From IMG/VR virus record IMGVR_UViG_3300042511_000879, positions 124,001 to 188,000 of that record: a stretch of DNA of 64,000 bases, one strand, 5' to 3'. Below, piece by piece: positions 55,367 through 64,000 of the stretch. The notes beneath the pieces are model-generated. The model ran no database searches, was not told the DNA's origin, and saw only the letters and a program-made list of their open reading frames with translations. Position 1 is the first letter of the stretch; every line of letters starts with the position of its first letter. A program made the translations under genes and the position numbers.

Positions 55367-55425
55367 TGTAAATATAAACAAAAAACTCCAGACCGTAAAA
55401 TCTGGAGTGTTAAAATTATGTTAAA
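55367..55425 (-). promoter_or_regulatory. Early-type promoter cassette 8, with terminator hairpin
   Basis: Box; ACTCCAGA-TTTTACGG-TCTGGAGT-TTTTT; TATATTTACA. Confidence 0.8.
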
Positions 55426-55888
55426 GTTTTTGATTAATCTTTGTGGTTAGTGCGCCAATCGCATCGTCTAGATTTTCAAAGATTGGAATGTTATATCGAG
55501 TACATACAATGTCGACATTTCCTTTTCGCCAAAACCCTTTAGGACAACATACGATAATATTATCTCTGACATGTAAACCTAATTCTAGGAGACTAATTGG
55601 ACTCTTAGTTTCTGGAGAGAAGTACATGAAGATTATATCTGCATTTTCAAGACTATTCATTTCCCAGTTTACTTGTTGGTTAAATTGAGGATTTGATTGT
55701 TCTTGAGTCCAGCTAGCATCCCAATCATCACGTCTTGGATTGTAAAGTGTTACATTGGTATTAATGTAATTGTTCTCGATTCTCTTTTGCCAATCTTCTG
55801 CCTTTCCCATTTCTATAGAACCGGCTAAAAATACTGAACATTTATTTTCTTGGTTTTGGTACCTGCTATTTGGTTTAATTACTTGCAT
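55421..55888 (-). CDS. Nucleoside 2-deoxyribosyltransferase-like protein
   Basis: VFLAGSI, YNPRR.DW, QV.WE...L..AD.I, SPISLLELG. Confidence 0.85.
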   Translation of the reverse strand: MQVIKPNSRYQNQENKCSVFLAGSIEMGKAEDWQKRIENNYINTNVTLYNPRRDDWDASWTQEQSNPQFNQQVNWEMNSLENADIIFMYFSPETKSPISLLELGLHVRDNIIVCCPKGFWRKGNVDIVCTRYNIPIFENLDDAIGALTTKINQKL

Positions 55889-55890
55889 AC

Positions 55891-56604
55891 TTATATTATT
55901 TTAATTGCGTTGTGTTTTTTAATTTTAAATGATTGTCGAAGTTTTTCCTCTTCTTCATTATAATGGTAACCCCATCCCAGTTTTATGTTATCTTCCGATA
56001 GTCTTGAACGGAATAGACGGTATCGATTAACCATATAGTCCTCTCCAATATATTTATAATGCAGTAGGTTATATTGATTTAATGAATATGTAACATCACC
56101 CCGAGGGGCTGCCTCATGGCATCCTGGATAGAAATTGATTTCAGAGATTTTGCTTTTATCAAATGCAATACTTTTATTATAATAATGAGTATACTCACCA
56201 TATTGTAAGGTATCAATGCTAATATCTGCTGGGTCTTCGGACATATTAACCATATTCCAACCGGTAAATTTTATTATTGATGTTCCCAGTCCAGATTCAT
56301 ATTCTAATTGTTCTCTAGTAATGAGACCAAGTTCATCAGCATCACAGACAATATTCCAGTCGGTTTTTGAATCTTTCCAGCAATTGTTTTTAATTTCTAG
56401 ATTTTTTCTATCAGAAAAATTATCTCCAGTGTCGTATTGAATAACCTCACAATTAAATTCTTTTGCAATTTCTACAGTTCTGTCCGTTGATTGGTTATTG
56501 TATACAACAATTCGGCAGTCCGGAAATGATGCTCTATAATGTTTAATAAAAAACGGTAGCATAAGTTCTTCATTATATGCTACCGTGTAAATTGTTATTT
56601 GCAT
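55891..56604 (-). CDS. Glycosyltransferase family 2-like protein
   Basis: YNEE..LPFFI.HY, .YNN.STD.T, W.IVCDADE, LLHYKY. Confidence 0.75.
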   Translation of the reverse strand: MQITIYTVAYNEELMLPFFIKHYRASFPDCRIVVYNNQSTDRTVEIAKEFNCEVIQYDTGDNFSDRKNLEIKNNCWKDSKTDWNIVCDADELGLITREQLEYESGLGTSIIKFTGWNMVNMSEDPADISIDTLQYGEYTHYYNKSIAFDKSKISEINFYPGCHEAAPRGDVTYSLNQYNLLHYKYIGEDYMVNRYRLFRSRLSEDNIKLGWGYHYNEEEEKLRQSFKIKKHNAIKII

Positions 56605-56870
56605 TCGTGTATTGGATTTTTACAATTTCCTTTATGTGAACCCCATCGAGAACTTCCCGAACCTGCAACTATATACTCGCAACCTTCAAGAGTATAAACT
56701 CTATAGCGTTGATCGTAATATTTTGAAGTACTATCTAATTCGTAACGACTAGCACTAGTATTTTGATGTGGGTCTTTATAATTATCTGGTTTGCAACTAG
56801 TAACCATAAAGATTACTAGTGCAGCCAAAATTACTATTATTAAAGGTACTGGTGAGTACTGTCTATTCAT
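56595..56870 (-). CDS. Lipoprotein
   Basis: Signal peptide with lipobox VTSC. Confidence 0.6.
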   Translation of the reverse strand: MNRQYSPVPLIIVILAALVIFMVTSCKPDNYKDPHQNTSASRYELDSTSKYYDQRYRVYTLEGCEYIVAGSGSSRWGSHKGNCKNPIHECK

Positions 56871-58399
56871 TATAGATTAGTTAAACGTTTTCTAATTTCT
56901 GTAAGAGTTGTTTGGTTTTCAAATTGACCATTCAAATAGATAGTTTTTAACAATCCAGACTTTTCATCTTCCCAAGTACATTGGTCTTCTAGTATGTAGA
57001 AATTATCTTCTACAGCTCCAGCAACTCTTAATAAACCTTTTGCAGATTTTTTAACTCCATCATCAGTGATTGGGTCTTTAAAGATTTCTCTTCCAACTCC
57101 ATCAACTTCTACATAGGTGGCTTTCATTGCAAAACCAAAAGTATCTCTAGTGTTATATTGGTATGTAAAACTTCCAACACCTAATACAATGTTTGTACTT
57201 GCAAAACCTTTTGCCTCTAATCTTGTGAAGATTTGTTCAGCACGGTCTAATGTAATACTGTCTCCGTAGATTGCTCCAATATGAGGGTCTAATACTTTAT
57301 AACCTTGGTCGTTAATAGTTCCACCGAATACATCCCAAAGTAATTCAATAACACCTTTTACTTCTGGTTTGTTTAAATATTCATCAGTAGGATTAACTTC
57401 TGCTACTCCACCTAAGTAAGCAACTACGTCATTATCGCTATGAACATTTGTTTTGATTATATTAGCACCGCAAATAATATCTACAGGGTCTCCTGAGTCA
57501 GGACGAATAACTAATTTACCATCTCTTGCAAGGATTTCCTCTTTTAAGGTAACGATATGTTCAGTACAAACTTTCCATAAGTCCCATGTGTCAGAAACTA
57601 CTGAAAGAATTCCTGTTGGATATGTCTCCAATAATCTACGGAAGGTTCCAATCTCATCATCTTTACTTCCAGCACACATTACTGAGTGCTCTGTTGCATT
57701 TACCGAACCAGATACAAATCCAGTTTCATTGTAATATTTACGGGCTCCAAAGATTGCAGGTAAACTATCTGAACCAGAGAAACTTGTTAAGTGTCCTAAT
57801 CCTGAAGAGATTGTAGCATCTATAGAGTCCATACCTCTCATTGAGAAATCATGGGCTTGCCAATCTACGAACCAACCTTTTTCGGCATCAGTTTTTAATT
57901 GCCATTCTGTAAATAATTTACGGTAAGCATGGGAAATAGTTGCACTTGTCATTGGTTTCCATAACAAGTTAGAAATAACTGTCTCCAAGTAATTGGTAAT
58001 CCAATAGAAATCTGGATGTGTGTTGTAAATTGTCAAGACAGGTACTCTCATTGGTACTGTAGCTCCTTCCTCAATCGATTTAACTGCGATTGGTAGGTAA
58101 CCCAAATCATGTAGGGCTTCAAAGTGGCTAACATCGTAGTCAGTATTTAAGTACATTGACAATTCGTTTTTCATTTCGCCACAAACTTTGTCTTTTGGTT
58201 TGCTAAAGAAATCTTTGTCAAAAGCCTCGTGGATTTGTTTCATTACCATTTGTTGGCCGAAACTTACTAGTTGGTTGCAACCTTTAGGAGCATATTTATT
58301 ACTACGAGGAGTAAAGTTCGAATAGACCAACGTAGTCCCTTTTGGATATTGTTGGTGATGTCCTGTTTTGTAACCGTCTGTTAAAAATAATGGGTTCAT
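56870..58399 (-). CDS. nadV: Nicotinamide phosphoribosyltransferase-like (NAMPT/NadV; possible Namat)
   Basis: TDGYK..H..QYP, LE, HDFS.RG, GSD, ATEHSV, SVVSDTWD, IRPDSGDP, IYGDSIT, GVGS, RDT.GFA.KAT, KDP.TD...K.SAKG. Confidence 0.9.
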   Translation of the reverse strand: MNPLFLTDGYKTGHHQQYPKGTTLVYSNFTPRSNKYAPKGCNQLVSFGQQMVMKQIHEAFDKDFFSKPKDKVCGEMKNELSMYLNTDYDVSHFEALHDLGYLPIAVKSIEEGATVPMRVPVLTIYNTHPDFYWITNYLETVISNLLWKPMTSATISHAYRKLFTEWQLKTDAEKGWFVDWQAHDFSMRGMDSIDATISSGLGHLTSFSGSDSLPAIFGARKYYNETGFVSGSVNATEHSVMCAGSKDDEIGTFRRLLETYPTGILSVVSDTWDLWKVCTEHIVTLKEEILARDGKLVIRPDSGDPVDIICGANIIKTNVHSDNDVVAYLGGVAEVNPTDEYLNKPEVKGVIELLWDVFGGTINDQGYKVLDPHIGAIYGDSITLDRAEQIFTRLEAKGFASTNIVLGVGSFTYQYNTRDTFGFAMKATYVEVDGVGREIFKDPITDDGVKKSAKGLLRVAGAVEDNFYILEDQCTWEDEKSGLLKTIYLNGQFENQTTLTEIRKRLTNL

Positions 58400-58403
58400 A
58401 GTA

Positions 58404-58649
58404 TTAATATTTAGATATTGTTCTTAAATAAATTGCTTGTTGTCTAATTCCATACTCTCGGGTAAGTAAGCGGTCTGCATAATCATCACGCATAACAACC
58501 ATAACATTATTAGACATTTCAGTTGCATCATGAAAACTATCTCTTCCTAGTATCATTCCTAAAGAATCTGCAAAGGATAGAATTAAATCTGCTAATTGTT
58601 TTGCATTTTTACATTGATTAACTGCTTCCCATTTTTGTAATTCTGTCAT
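58404..58649 (-). CDS. Hypothetical protein
   Basis: First gene after a promoter cassette. Confidence 0.5.
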   Translation of the reverse strand: MTELQKWEAVNQCKNAKQLADLILSFADSLGMILGRDSFHDATEMSNNVMVVMRDDYADRLLTREYGIRQQAIYLRTISKY

Positions 58650-58671
58650 AGTGTATCTGTTTTAATTATAA

Positions 58672-58730
58672 TGTAAATATAATCAATAGTTTTAAATCGG
58701 TAAAATTGGGAGTGTTAAAATTATGTTAAA
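58672..58730 (-). promoter_or_regulatory. Early-type promoter cassette 9
   Basis: Box; TTTTACCG-N16-TATATTTACA. Confidence 0.75.
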
Positions 58731-58920
58731 TTTCTTCAGGGTCTGGTAAACCTTCTACAATTGTAAACATAATTGGAAATGCCCATGCAAGCCTATTGGT
58801 TGCTCCATAATCTCCAGTCCAAAAGCAATAAGAACTATGTTCAATTGTCATTTCTCGGCATTCAATTTTTTGTATGGTAGTATTACCATCGTGCTTGTGT
58901 ATTACTTTATAATTTCTCAT
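58726..58920 (-). CDS. Hypothetical protein
   Basis: 64 aa ORF. Confidence 0.5.
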   Translation of the reverse strand: MRNYKVIHKHDGNTTIQKIECREMTIEHSSYCFWTGDYGATNRLAWAFPIMFTIVEGLPDPEEI

Positions 58921-59555
58921 GGTTTATAAATTACAACTGACACTTGCATGTCCCTTAATTCTGTTTGAATAATGTTTTTAATCCTGTTCCAATCTCCACC
59001 AGCCAGTCCGGCTCCAATTTTTGGAAGTCCAATACGTTTACCTGCAAAAGTCTTATTGATTTTACGTAGACAAAGCGCAAGTGCCTCATAATCAATTGGC
59101 TTGGCAACACCATCTTTATGGTTAGCACCATAATTGTACTGTGTGTATGAATTCACAACTATAATATCTTTAACACCTGGTTGACCTGATGACTTTGAGT
59201 TCATTGGAACTGCAACTCCGGGTTCTGTAACCGATGGATGCTTAAACCATAGATATTGGTGTTGATAATCAATAGTACCAAGTTTATTAATGTCTCCACG
59301 ATTTTTGGTTTTTACCAAATGCTCGTAACCCTCGTCGTCATACTCAATATATTGAGTTAGTTCCATTTCAAATTCATCGCATCCAAACGCATCTGCCATT
59401 TGAGGCGCTATTCCGGCGCCCATAGTACAAAAACAATTACACCCATGGGTGATTACATCAAATGTACCCTGTTTTGCCAAACGGATTAGGTCACCTTGGA
59501 TTTCTTGATAGTTTGTTCCCATCGCTGATACTATTTGTTCGTTCAAATATCCCAT
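58917..59555 (-). CDS. Macro domain protein (ADP-ribose binding/hydrolase)
   Basis: GDL, HGCNCF..MGAGIA, N.YTQ, DY.AL..CL, IGLPKIGAGLAGGDW. Confidence 0.85.
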   Translation of the reverse strand: MGYLNEQIVSAMGTNYQEIQGDLIRLAKQGTFDVITHGCNCFCTMGAGIAPQMADAFGCDEFEMELTQYIEYDDEGYEHLVKTKNRGDINKLGTIDYQHQYLWFKHPSVTEPGVAVPMNSKSSGQPGVKDIIVVNSYTQYNYGANHKDGVAKPIDYEALALCLRKINKTFAGKRIGLPKIGAGLAGGDWNRIKNIIQTELRDMQVSVVIYKP

Positions 59556-60058
59556 TATGCAAATCTAAATTGTTTAAGGAAATCTCTTAGGAATATGATT
59601 TGGTCTGCTTCCTCTTCAGTTTCGGCAAAATTCATCTTCCATTCATAAAATTGTTTTTCAAGACTTCTACCTCCTAGTTTTTCTTCTATAGCATCTCCTT
59701 CATAATCTGGCCAAGCAACTTTATCATATACTCTATCATCAACTAAGAAAACTACGGCAGTTAATTGGTCTCCCAAATCTGGTTCGTGGAATTCTCCAAT
59801 ACGGATGCATTGGTCATATAATGTAAAATAATGATTGTTAAGAGTTCCTTTGATAAAAGCCGTATTGTTAGTAGTACCTCCATTTAGAATTATAAAGGTC
59901 TTGTCTCTTCGGGCCCATGTCTGGTACTCTGGAGTCTCTGAGAATTCAAGTCCGTATTCAACAACAGCATGACCGAACTGGATGCCTTGCTGAATTGGAC
60001 TAATATTGTAAGGAACTAGTCCGTACATTCTAAATTCTCTATTGTCTCTATTGTTCAT
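59555..60058 (-). CDS. Peptidyl-tRNA hydrolase 2-like protein
   Basis: MY.LV...IS.IQ..IQ.GHA..EY...F.EPD.....TAV. Confidence 0.5.
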   Translation of the reverse strand: MNNRDNREFRMYGLVPYNISPIQQGIQFGHAVVEYGLEFSETPEYQTWARRDKTFIILNGGTTNNTAFIKGTLNNHYFTLYDQCIRIGEFHEPDLGDQLTAVVFLVDDRVYDKVAWPDYEGDAIEEKLGGRSLEKQFYEWKMNFAETEEEADQIIFLRDFLKQFRFA

Positions 60059-60242
60059 CAGTTGCTTTCTTAATTTCTTCAGTTAATATCCTTTCTAGTT
60101 CGGTAGTTGCATCAATTCCAAGATGCTGAAAGAATTCTGATTCTACTACTTCTACCGTTTGTAGTTCATATTTAGAGCCTAAAATTGGGTCCTGAACTAA
60201 TACTAATTGCTCTACAAATATTGTTTTTGGTTTTTTTGACAT
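60048..60242 (-). CDS. Hypothetical protein
   Basis: 64 aa ORF. Confidence 0.45.
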   Translation of the reverse strand: MSKKPKTIFVEQLVLVQDPILGSKYELQTVEVVESEFFQHLGIDATTELERILTEEIKKATDEQ

Positions 60243-60243
60243 G

Positions 60244-61116
60244 TTATATTACGTTAAATTGTGTTGTGTTTGTTTTTTGTTCATATTCATTATCTGCAAC
60301 ATTTCTATGAGAATTTGTAGTATAAATGCCTTCGAAGTATTTGTTTAATTCTCCAAATCCGGTGCTAAAAATACCATGAGTTACTACTAGATAAACTTTA
60401 GCAGTTGGTCTGCTTCCTTTGATTGCTTTTGCAAGTTCAATAAAGGTTCTACCACCATCGCAGATATCATCAATGATAACATATTTTAAGTCATCGTGTT
60501 GATTCAATGTAGGAATCTCAGTTCTTAGAATATTTCCACTTCGCATATCACGGACCTTAGTTGCGGTAATAATATTTTCAATTCCAAACTTCTTTGCAAC
60601 ATCATAGATTTTTTTGTAGGCTCCAGCATCTGGACTTACTAAACAAATTCTGTCTTGGGCACCAATCTTATTATCAATCTTTGATAGTGCATGTTTTGCA
60701 AGTGTGTGATTATCTACCTTCTCGTAGTTATTCAAACATGCTTCTAAAACATCTGAATGAGGGTCTAATGTAATTACTGTTACAAAGTTTAAGGAATTGA
60801 TAATTGGGCAAATAACTTGCTTTAAGTAATTAACTCCGCCTTCAACAAATTTACGGTCTGAACGGGCTCCTATAAAATAAGGAACATAAAGTGCAATTTC
60901 TCTGGTTGGTTTAATATTACGAACGGCTGCAGTTGCGCAAATAATCAGTTCTAAGTCTTTAAAGGTATTTAAACGTGAATTGATTTTCACAGCGTCTTCG
61001 TATCTTAATAAGTCTTTCCAATCCGTAAGGTCTACTGTTTGCTGACCGTCAGGAAATTGACTAATTTTGTATTTAATCTGTGATTTTTCTGGGTTAACCA
61101 AGTCTAATATTATCAT
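60244..61116 (-). CDS. prs: Ribose-phosphate pyrophosphokinase-like (Prs; possible Adps)
   Basis: F.DG.Q, VPY..GARSDR, LDPHS, SPDAGA..K, K.RD, IIDDICDGG.TF, VTHG.FS. Confidence 0.85.
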   Translation of the reverse strand: MIILDLVNPEKSQIKYKISQFPDGQQTVDLTDWKDLLRYEDAVKINSRLNTFKDLELIICATAAVRNIKPTREIALYVPYFIGARSDRKFVEGGVNYLKQVICPIINSLNFVTVITLDPHSDVLEACLNNYEKVDNHTLAKHALSKIDNKIGAQDRICLVSPDAGAYKKIYDVAKKFGIENIITATKVRDMRSGNILRTEIPTLNQHDDLKYVIIDDICDGGRTFIELAKAIKGSRPTAKVYLVVTHGIFSTGFGELNKYFEGIYTTNSHRNVADNEYEQKTNTTQFNVI

Positions 61117-61139
61117 CTGATATGTTGTTTTTAATTATA

Positions 61140-61173
61140 TGTAAATATAAACAAAAGTTTTTAATCGGTAAAA
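61140..61173 (-). promoter_or_regulatory. Early-type promoter cassette 10
   Basis: TTTTACCG-N16-TATATTTACA upstream of the prs-like gene. Confidence 0.75.
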
Positions 61174-61190
61174 CTTTAATCAATTTATTT

Positions 61191-61559
61191 TTAAAACTTA
61201 TTAACAATTATTCTGGCAGCAACTCGGGTTCCTGTTATAGTTTCATCAATTGACCATTCGAATAGGTCGCTCTTCATAATTTGGTCGCAAATTTCACGTT
61301 TCATTCCATACTTAACAGAATCAAGTGCGAATCCGGGTCTCATTGCCTCTCCAGCTCCATATGTTTTGTCATATTGATTCATGTATTTTTCGGATTGGAT
61401 AACAACTGGTTTGCCATGTCGAATATCATATACGATATTAGTATTTTTAGACTCTTTAATAATCTTACGGCTAAACATACTATAGATTGCTCCAAGAGGT
61501 CCGGTTAACAAAAAGGTTTTTAGGTCAACTTCACGATTTAATAGTTCTTTAATCTTCAT
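61191..61559 (-). CDS. Hypothetical protein
   Basis: 122 aa ORF. Confidence 0.55.
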   Translation of the reverse strand: MKIKELLNREVDLKTFLLTGPLGAIYSMFSRKIIKESKNTNIVYDIRHGKPVVIQSEKYMNQYDKTYGAGEAMRPGFALDSVKYGMKREICDQIMKSDLFEWSIDETITGTRVAARIIVNKF

Positions 61560-62023
61560 TAGCTACGGTATCTTAATTCATTTTGACGGTAAACGCTCAA
61601 CACTGAACCCTGCCCGTGCGTGATTGCGAATTGGTACCCATAAAAATCATAAACCATTGAAGAGAAGTTCTCGGTTAGACCATCGATTGGGTCTATTTCA
61701 ACACCTTCTTTTGATGCAATTTCCCACATTAAATTCATAAGGTGTAGGGGTCTTTCAGCGTATGTTGAGTAGTGTCTTGCATCATATTTCTCCTGCTTCA
61801 CTAAAATGTCCAACATTAAATAATCAAAGGTAGAATCGTCACAAACACCATACATTTCTAATAACCTCTTGGCTCTTGCCTGTTCGATAGCGTCCCGTTG
61901 GGCAAGTTTATTAAAATAGTCTTCCATCGATTTTTGTCCTTCTGGACTCTTCATATATTCTAATCCTTGCTTAAGTGTTTCGTTTGCGTTCATATTTTTA
62001 TATTTTAAATAGGTGACATGCAT
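61559..62023 (-). CDS. Hypothetical protein (start may be at MNANE, 61993)
   Basis: ORF with HGQG motif. Confidence 0.55.
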   Translation of the reverse strand: MHVTYLKYKNMNANETLKQGLEYMKSPEGQKSMEDYFNKLAQRDAIEQARAKRLLEMYGVCDDSTFDYLMLDILVKQEKYDARHYSTYAERPLHLMNLMWEIASKEGVEIDPIDGLTENFSSMVYDFYGYQFAITHGQGSVLSVYRQNELRYRS

Positions 62024-62234
62024 TAACAGAACGTCTTCTTGTTTCTGTACTAAATGATTCAGTTATCTTTCCCCAAAGACCTCTACGTTCTTGCACATTG
62101 TTCAATGTTACTTTAAGTTCATTTACCCTTTCGACAGTTCCTACAACTATAGTAACATGTCCGCTACTTTGTTGTGAATATCCGTATCTTTGTCCAATTT
62201 CAATTGGATTTCCTAGTGCGTCTGTTGCTTCCAT
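61998..62234 (-). CDS. Hypothetical protein
   Basis: D..G.PI..G..Y pattern of small phage SH3-like proteins. Confidence 0.5.
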   Translation of the reverse strand: MEATDALGNPIEIGQRYGYSQQSSGHVTIVVGTVERVNELKVTLNNVQERRGLWGKITESFSTETRRRSVNACHLFKI

Positions 62235-62236
62235 GT

Positions 62237-62530
62237 TTAAATTTTAAATCGTTTCATTAACTTTAGTTTGTCAATTTCAGCACCCATTGCTTCTAATGAT
62301 TTTGTATCATAGATAACCTCATTAGTTTTTGAGTCCATCATTACTCTATCATATTCTCCAGTTTCTTTACTTCTTGTAACAAAACAATAGATATTTTTTA
62401 GGGCATCTTTAAAAATACCATTATCGGTTTGGGCGTAATTGGTGGTTGTTTTATCATGGAACCATTCATGTGTTCCAGACTCAAAATATAAGCCATCGAT
62501 TTCTAAGAATTGGTTTCTACTATTCATCAT
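62237..62530 (-). CDS. Hypothetical protein
   Basis: 97 aa ORF. Confidence 0.55.
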   Translation of the reverse strand: MMNSRNQFLEIDGLYFESGTHEWFHDKTTTNYAQTDNGIFKDALKNIYCFVTRSKETGEYDRVMMDSKTNEVIYDTKSLEAMGAEIDKLKLMKRFKI

Positions 62531-62663
62531 CGTCAGATTTTGAAGACCATTGTGGAGTAAATATTAGTGCCCATAACGGCAATCCTGAACTTGTAAAATA
62601 ACATGCACCTCCGATTAAACCAAAGAATGCTATGTATATAAGTGCTATTGAAATGTATTTCAT
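62520..62663 (-). CDS. Small membrane protein (47 aa), not in the ORF track
   Basis: Hand translation MKYISIALIYIAFFGLIGGACYFTSSGLPLWALIFTPQWSSKSDDDE*. Confidence 0.5.
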   Translation of the reverse strand: MKYISIALIYIAFFGLIGGACYFTSSGLPLWALIFTPQWSSKSDDDE

Positions 62664-62667
62664 AATT

Positions 62668-63204
62668 TTATTTGTTATGGTTCCAATCTATTTTAGGACA
62701 ATATTTATTATACGATGCTTTAACAAAACTTACAATAATCGAATCTTGTTCTTCTACAATAGGATTCCAAATTCGGTAGCCGTGTTCATCATATTTAATG
62801 TTTCGGTTTTTCCATAGTTTTGTTAAATAGTTATAAGCAGTAGCAATTCCAATTCCAAAAGAAAGTACCCATCCCATTCCTCCGATTACAATTGAATGAT
62901 AATATAAGGTGTCTTTAACAGGTTCTACAAAGAGTAAACCAACCCATGATACCATACATATTAGAATAAATAAAATAAACCACGCAATAAATCCTAGACC
63001 TGCACGTTCTCCAGTCGAATGCGTTTGGCTTCTATCTAGTCTCTCCATAATAATTACAGGAAGGGATAGAATCGAATATGGTAGGATAAACGTCCACATT
63101 AGGACAAGTTTCCAGAAGTATGGACATAAGGATTCTGGCATTCTAGAAGTTCCATAGAACCATCTGTACAATTGTGCTGTGTTTGAATTGATGTTTAATT
63201 TCAT
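62668..63204 (-). CDS. Membrane protein
   Basis: Three hydrophobic segments; LCPYFWKLV and K.CP.I.W motifs. Confidence 0.6.
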   Translation of the reverse strand: MKLNINSNTAQLYRWFYGTSRMPESLCPYFWKLVLMWTFILPYSILSLPVIIMERLDRSQTHSTGERAGLGFIAWFILFILICMVSWVGLLFVEPVKDTLYYHSIVIGGMGWVLSFGIGIATAYNYLTKLWKNRNIKYDEHGYRIWNPIVEEQDSIIVSFVKASYNKYCPKIDWNHNK

Positions 63205-63208
63205 AGTT

Positions 63209-63619
63209 TTATTTGTTAATGATTACGTGAAAGTTTTTGTCTGAACTTAGGATTAAGTCATCTACATAAGTTTGAGCCTCATTATTCGAGTCGAATGTTT
63301 TTCCAAAAGATTGTTTGTAACCTAGTCGGATTTCAACATGAGATTTATTGTAAATCCTTTTGTTGGTTTCATCAATTCGATATGATGAATAACCTTCAAA
63401 ATATGATGTTTTAGTTCTATCCCACTGCCATTTTTCATTTCCTGCACAATCTTTGTATTCGTTCCAACCTGCTGGAATTGCCTTATTAGTACCAATTGGA
63501 ATTCCTAAGAACATCTTAGGTGTTGCAGGAATCTCTGGATACCATCGGTAAGCCGTTTCTCTTTCTAGTGTTAAAGTAATTGATTCTACTTTGTCTAATT
63601 CAAAATAATGTTTTTGCAT
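63209..63619 (-). CDS. Hypothetical protein
   Basis: 136 aa ORF. Confidence 0.55.
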   Translation of the reverse strand: MQKHYFELDKVESITLTLERETAYRWYPEIPATPKMFLGIPIGTNKAIPAGWNEYKDCAGNEKWQWDRTKTSYFEGYSSYRIDETNKRIYNKSHVEIRLGYKQSFGKTFDSNNEAQTYVDDLILSSDKNFHVIINK

Positions 63620-63620
63620 C

Positions 63621-63866
63621 TTAATAGGTATTAGTTATTTGTGTTGTTAGTATATGTGTGTCTCTTTCTTGCGACCCGATTCCTAATGATATTGATTTTC
63701 CATAAGCCATTGCTTTAATCTGATCATCTTTTTCATCAAAGATAAATCTGACAAATCCGGCTCCAGTTGCTATTTCGTTGTGTCCAACCATATCTTTATG
63801 TTGGATAGCTGCTGAGAATATGATGGCACATCCATCAACAATTACGTATTTTGCGGCGCTTAACAT
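63621..63866 (-). CDS. Conserved phage hypothetical protein
   Basis: KY.IV....I.F.....H......GAGF...YG.S.SL. Confidence 0.55.
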   Translation of the reverse strand: MLSAAKYVIVDGCAIIFSAAIQHKDMVGHNEIATGAGFVRFIFDEKDDQIKAMAYGKSISLGIGSQERDTHILTTQITNTY

Positions 63867-64000
63867 TACTTTACTTCTATAATGTTAGGGTATGAACTCA
63901 AAAAACCGATACGGTAACCCGATGTTTTGAAGGTATACGTAGAATCTTGTCTCAGTTTACCATACTCGTCGCTTGAATAAAAATTACCGCGGAAAAGGTC
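63866..64000 (-). CDS. 3' end of a gene starting beyond the window
   Basis: Open frame DLFRGNFYSSDEYGKL...GYRIGFLSSYPNIIEVK*. Confidence 0.55.
   Translation of the reverse strand, partial: DLFRGNFYSSDEYGKLRQDSTYTFKTSGYRIGFLSSYPNIIEVK

Noticed and set aside
1-64000. Stop-codon reassignment as seen in some large Bacteroidota phages
   Set aside because: Recognisable enzymes are full length in code 11, and TAA, TAG and TGA all terminate tightly packed genes

Overview
This AT-rich 64 kb window is entirely minus-strand encoded and looks like part of a large T4-like/jumbo tailed phage. The host is probably Bacteroidota, inferred from a Bacteroidota-type histone H1-like gene, a ferritin and promoters resembling TTTG-N19-TAnnTTTG. 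The left part (1-27.5 kb) is a late/virion region. It holds a DUF285/BspA-like repeat protein, a beta-propeller protein, a tail fibre with a peptidase-S74 chaperone, two proline-poor Gly-X-Gln collagen-like fibre proteins (2363 and 878 aa), and a tandem array of seven genes that all begin with a T4 capsid-targeting-like peptide (MKxVKLFEEFxxE|A/S/G). Several of those seven look like polyproteins cut at further xxE|A/S sites. The middle (27.5-40 kb) holds nucleotide, lysis and host-derived genes: 5'(3')-nucleotidase, ferritin, GH73, thyA, two GIY-YIG homing endonucleases, an apparently inactive gp21-like protease paralog, an amidase endolysin, an M42 aminopeptidase and a PD-(D/E)XK exonuclease. 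The right part (40-64 kb) is an early/accessory region divided by ten conserved promoter cassettes. It contains tRNA-Leu(TAA), several aberrant tRNA-like and other structured RNAs, DNA ligase, DenV, RNA end-healing domains, a CCA-adding enzyme, and a NAMPT-like + macro domain + PRS-like cluster resembling the anti-defence NAD+ reconstitution pathway NARP1. All family assignments come from motif recognition by eye; no database searches were run.
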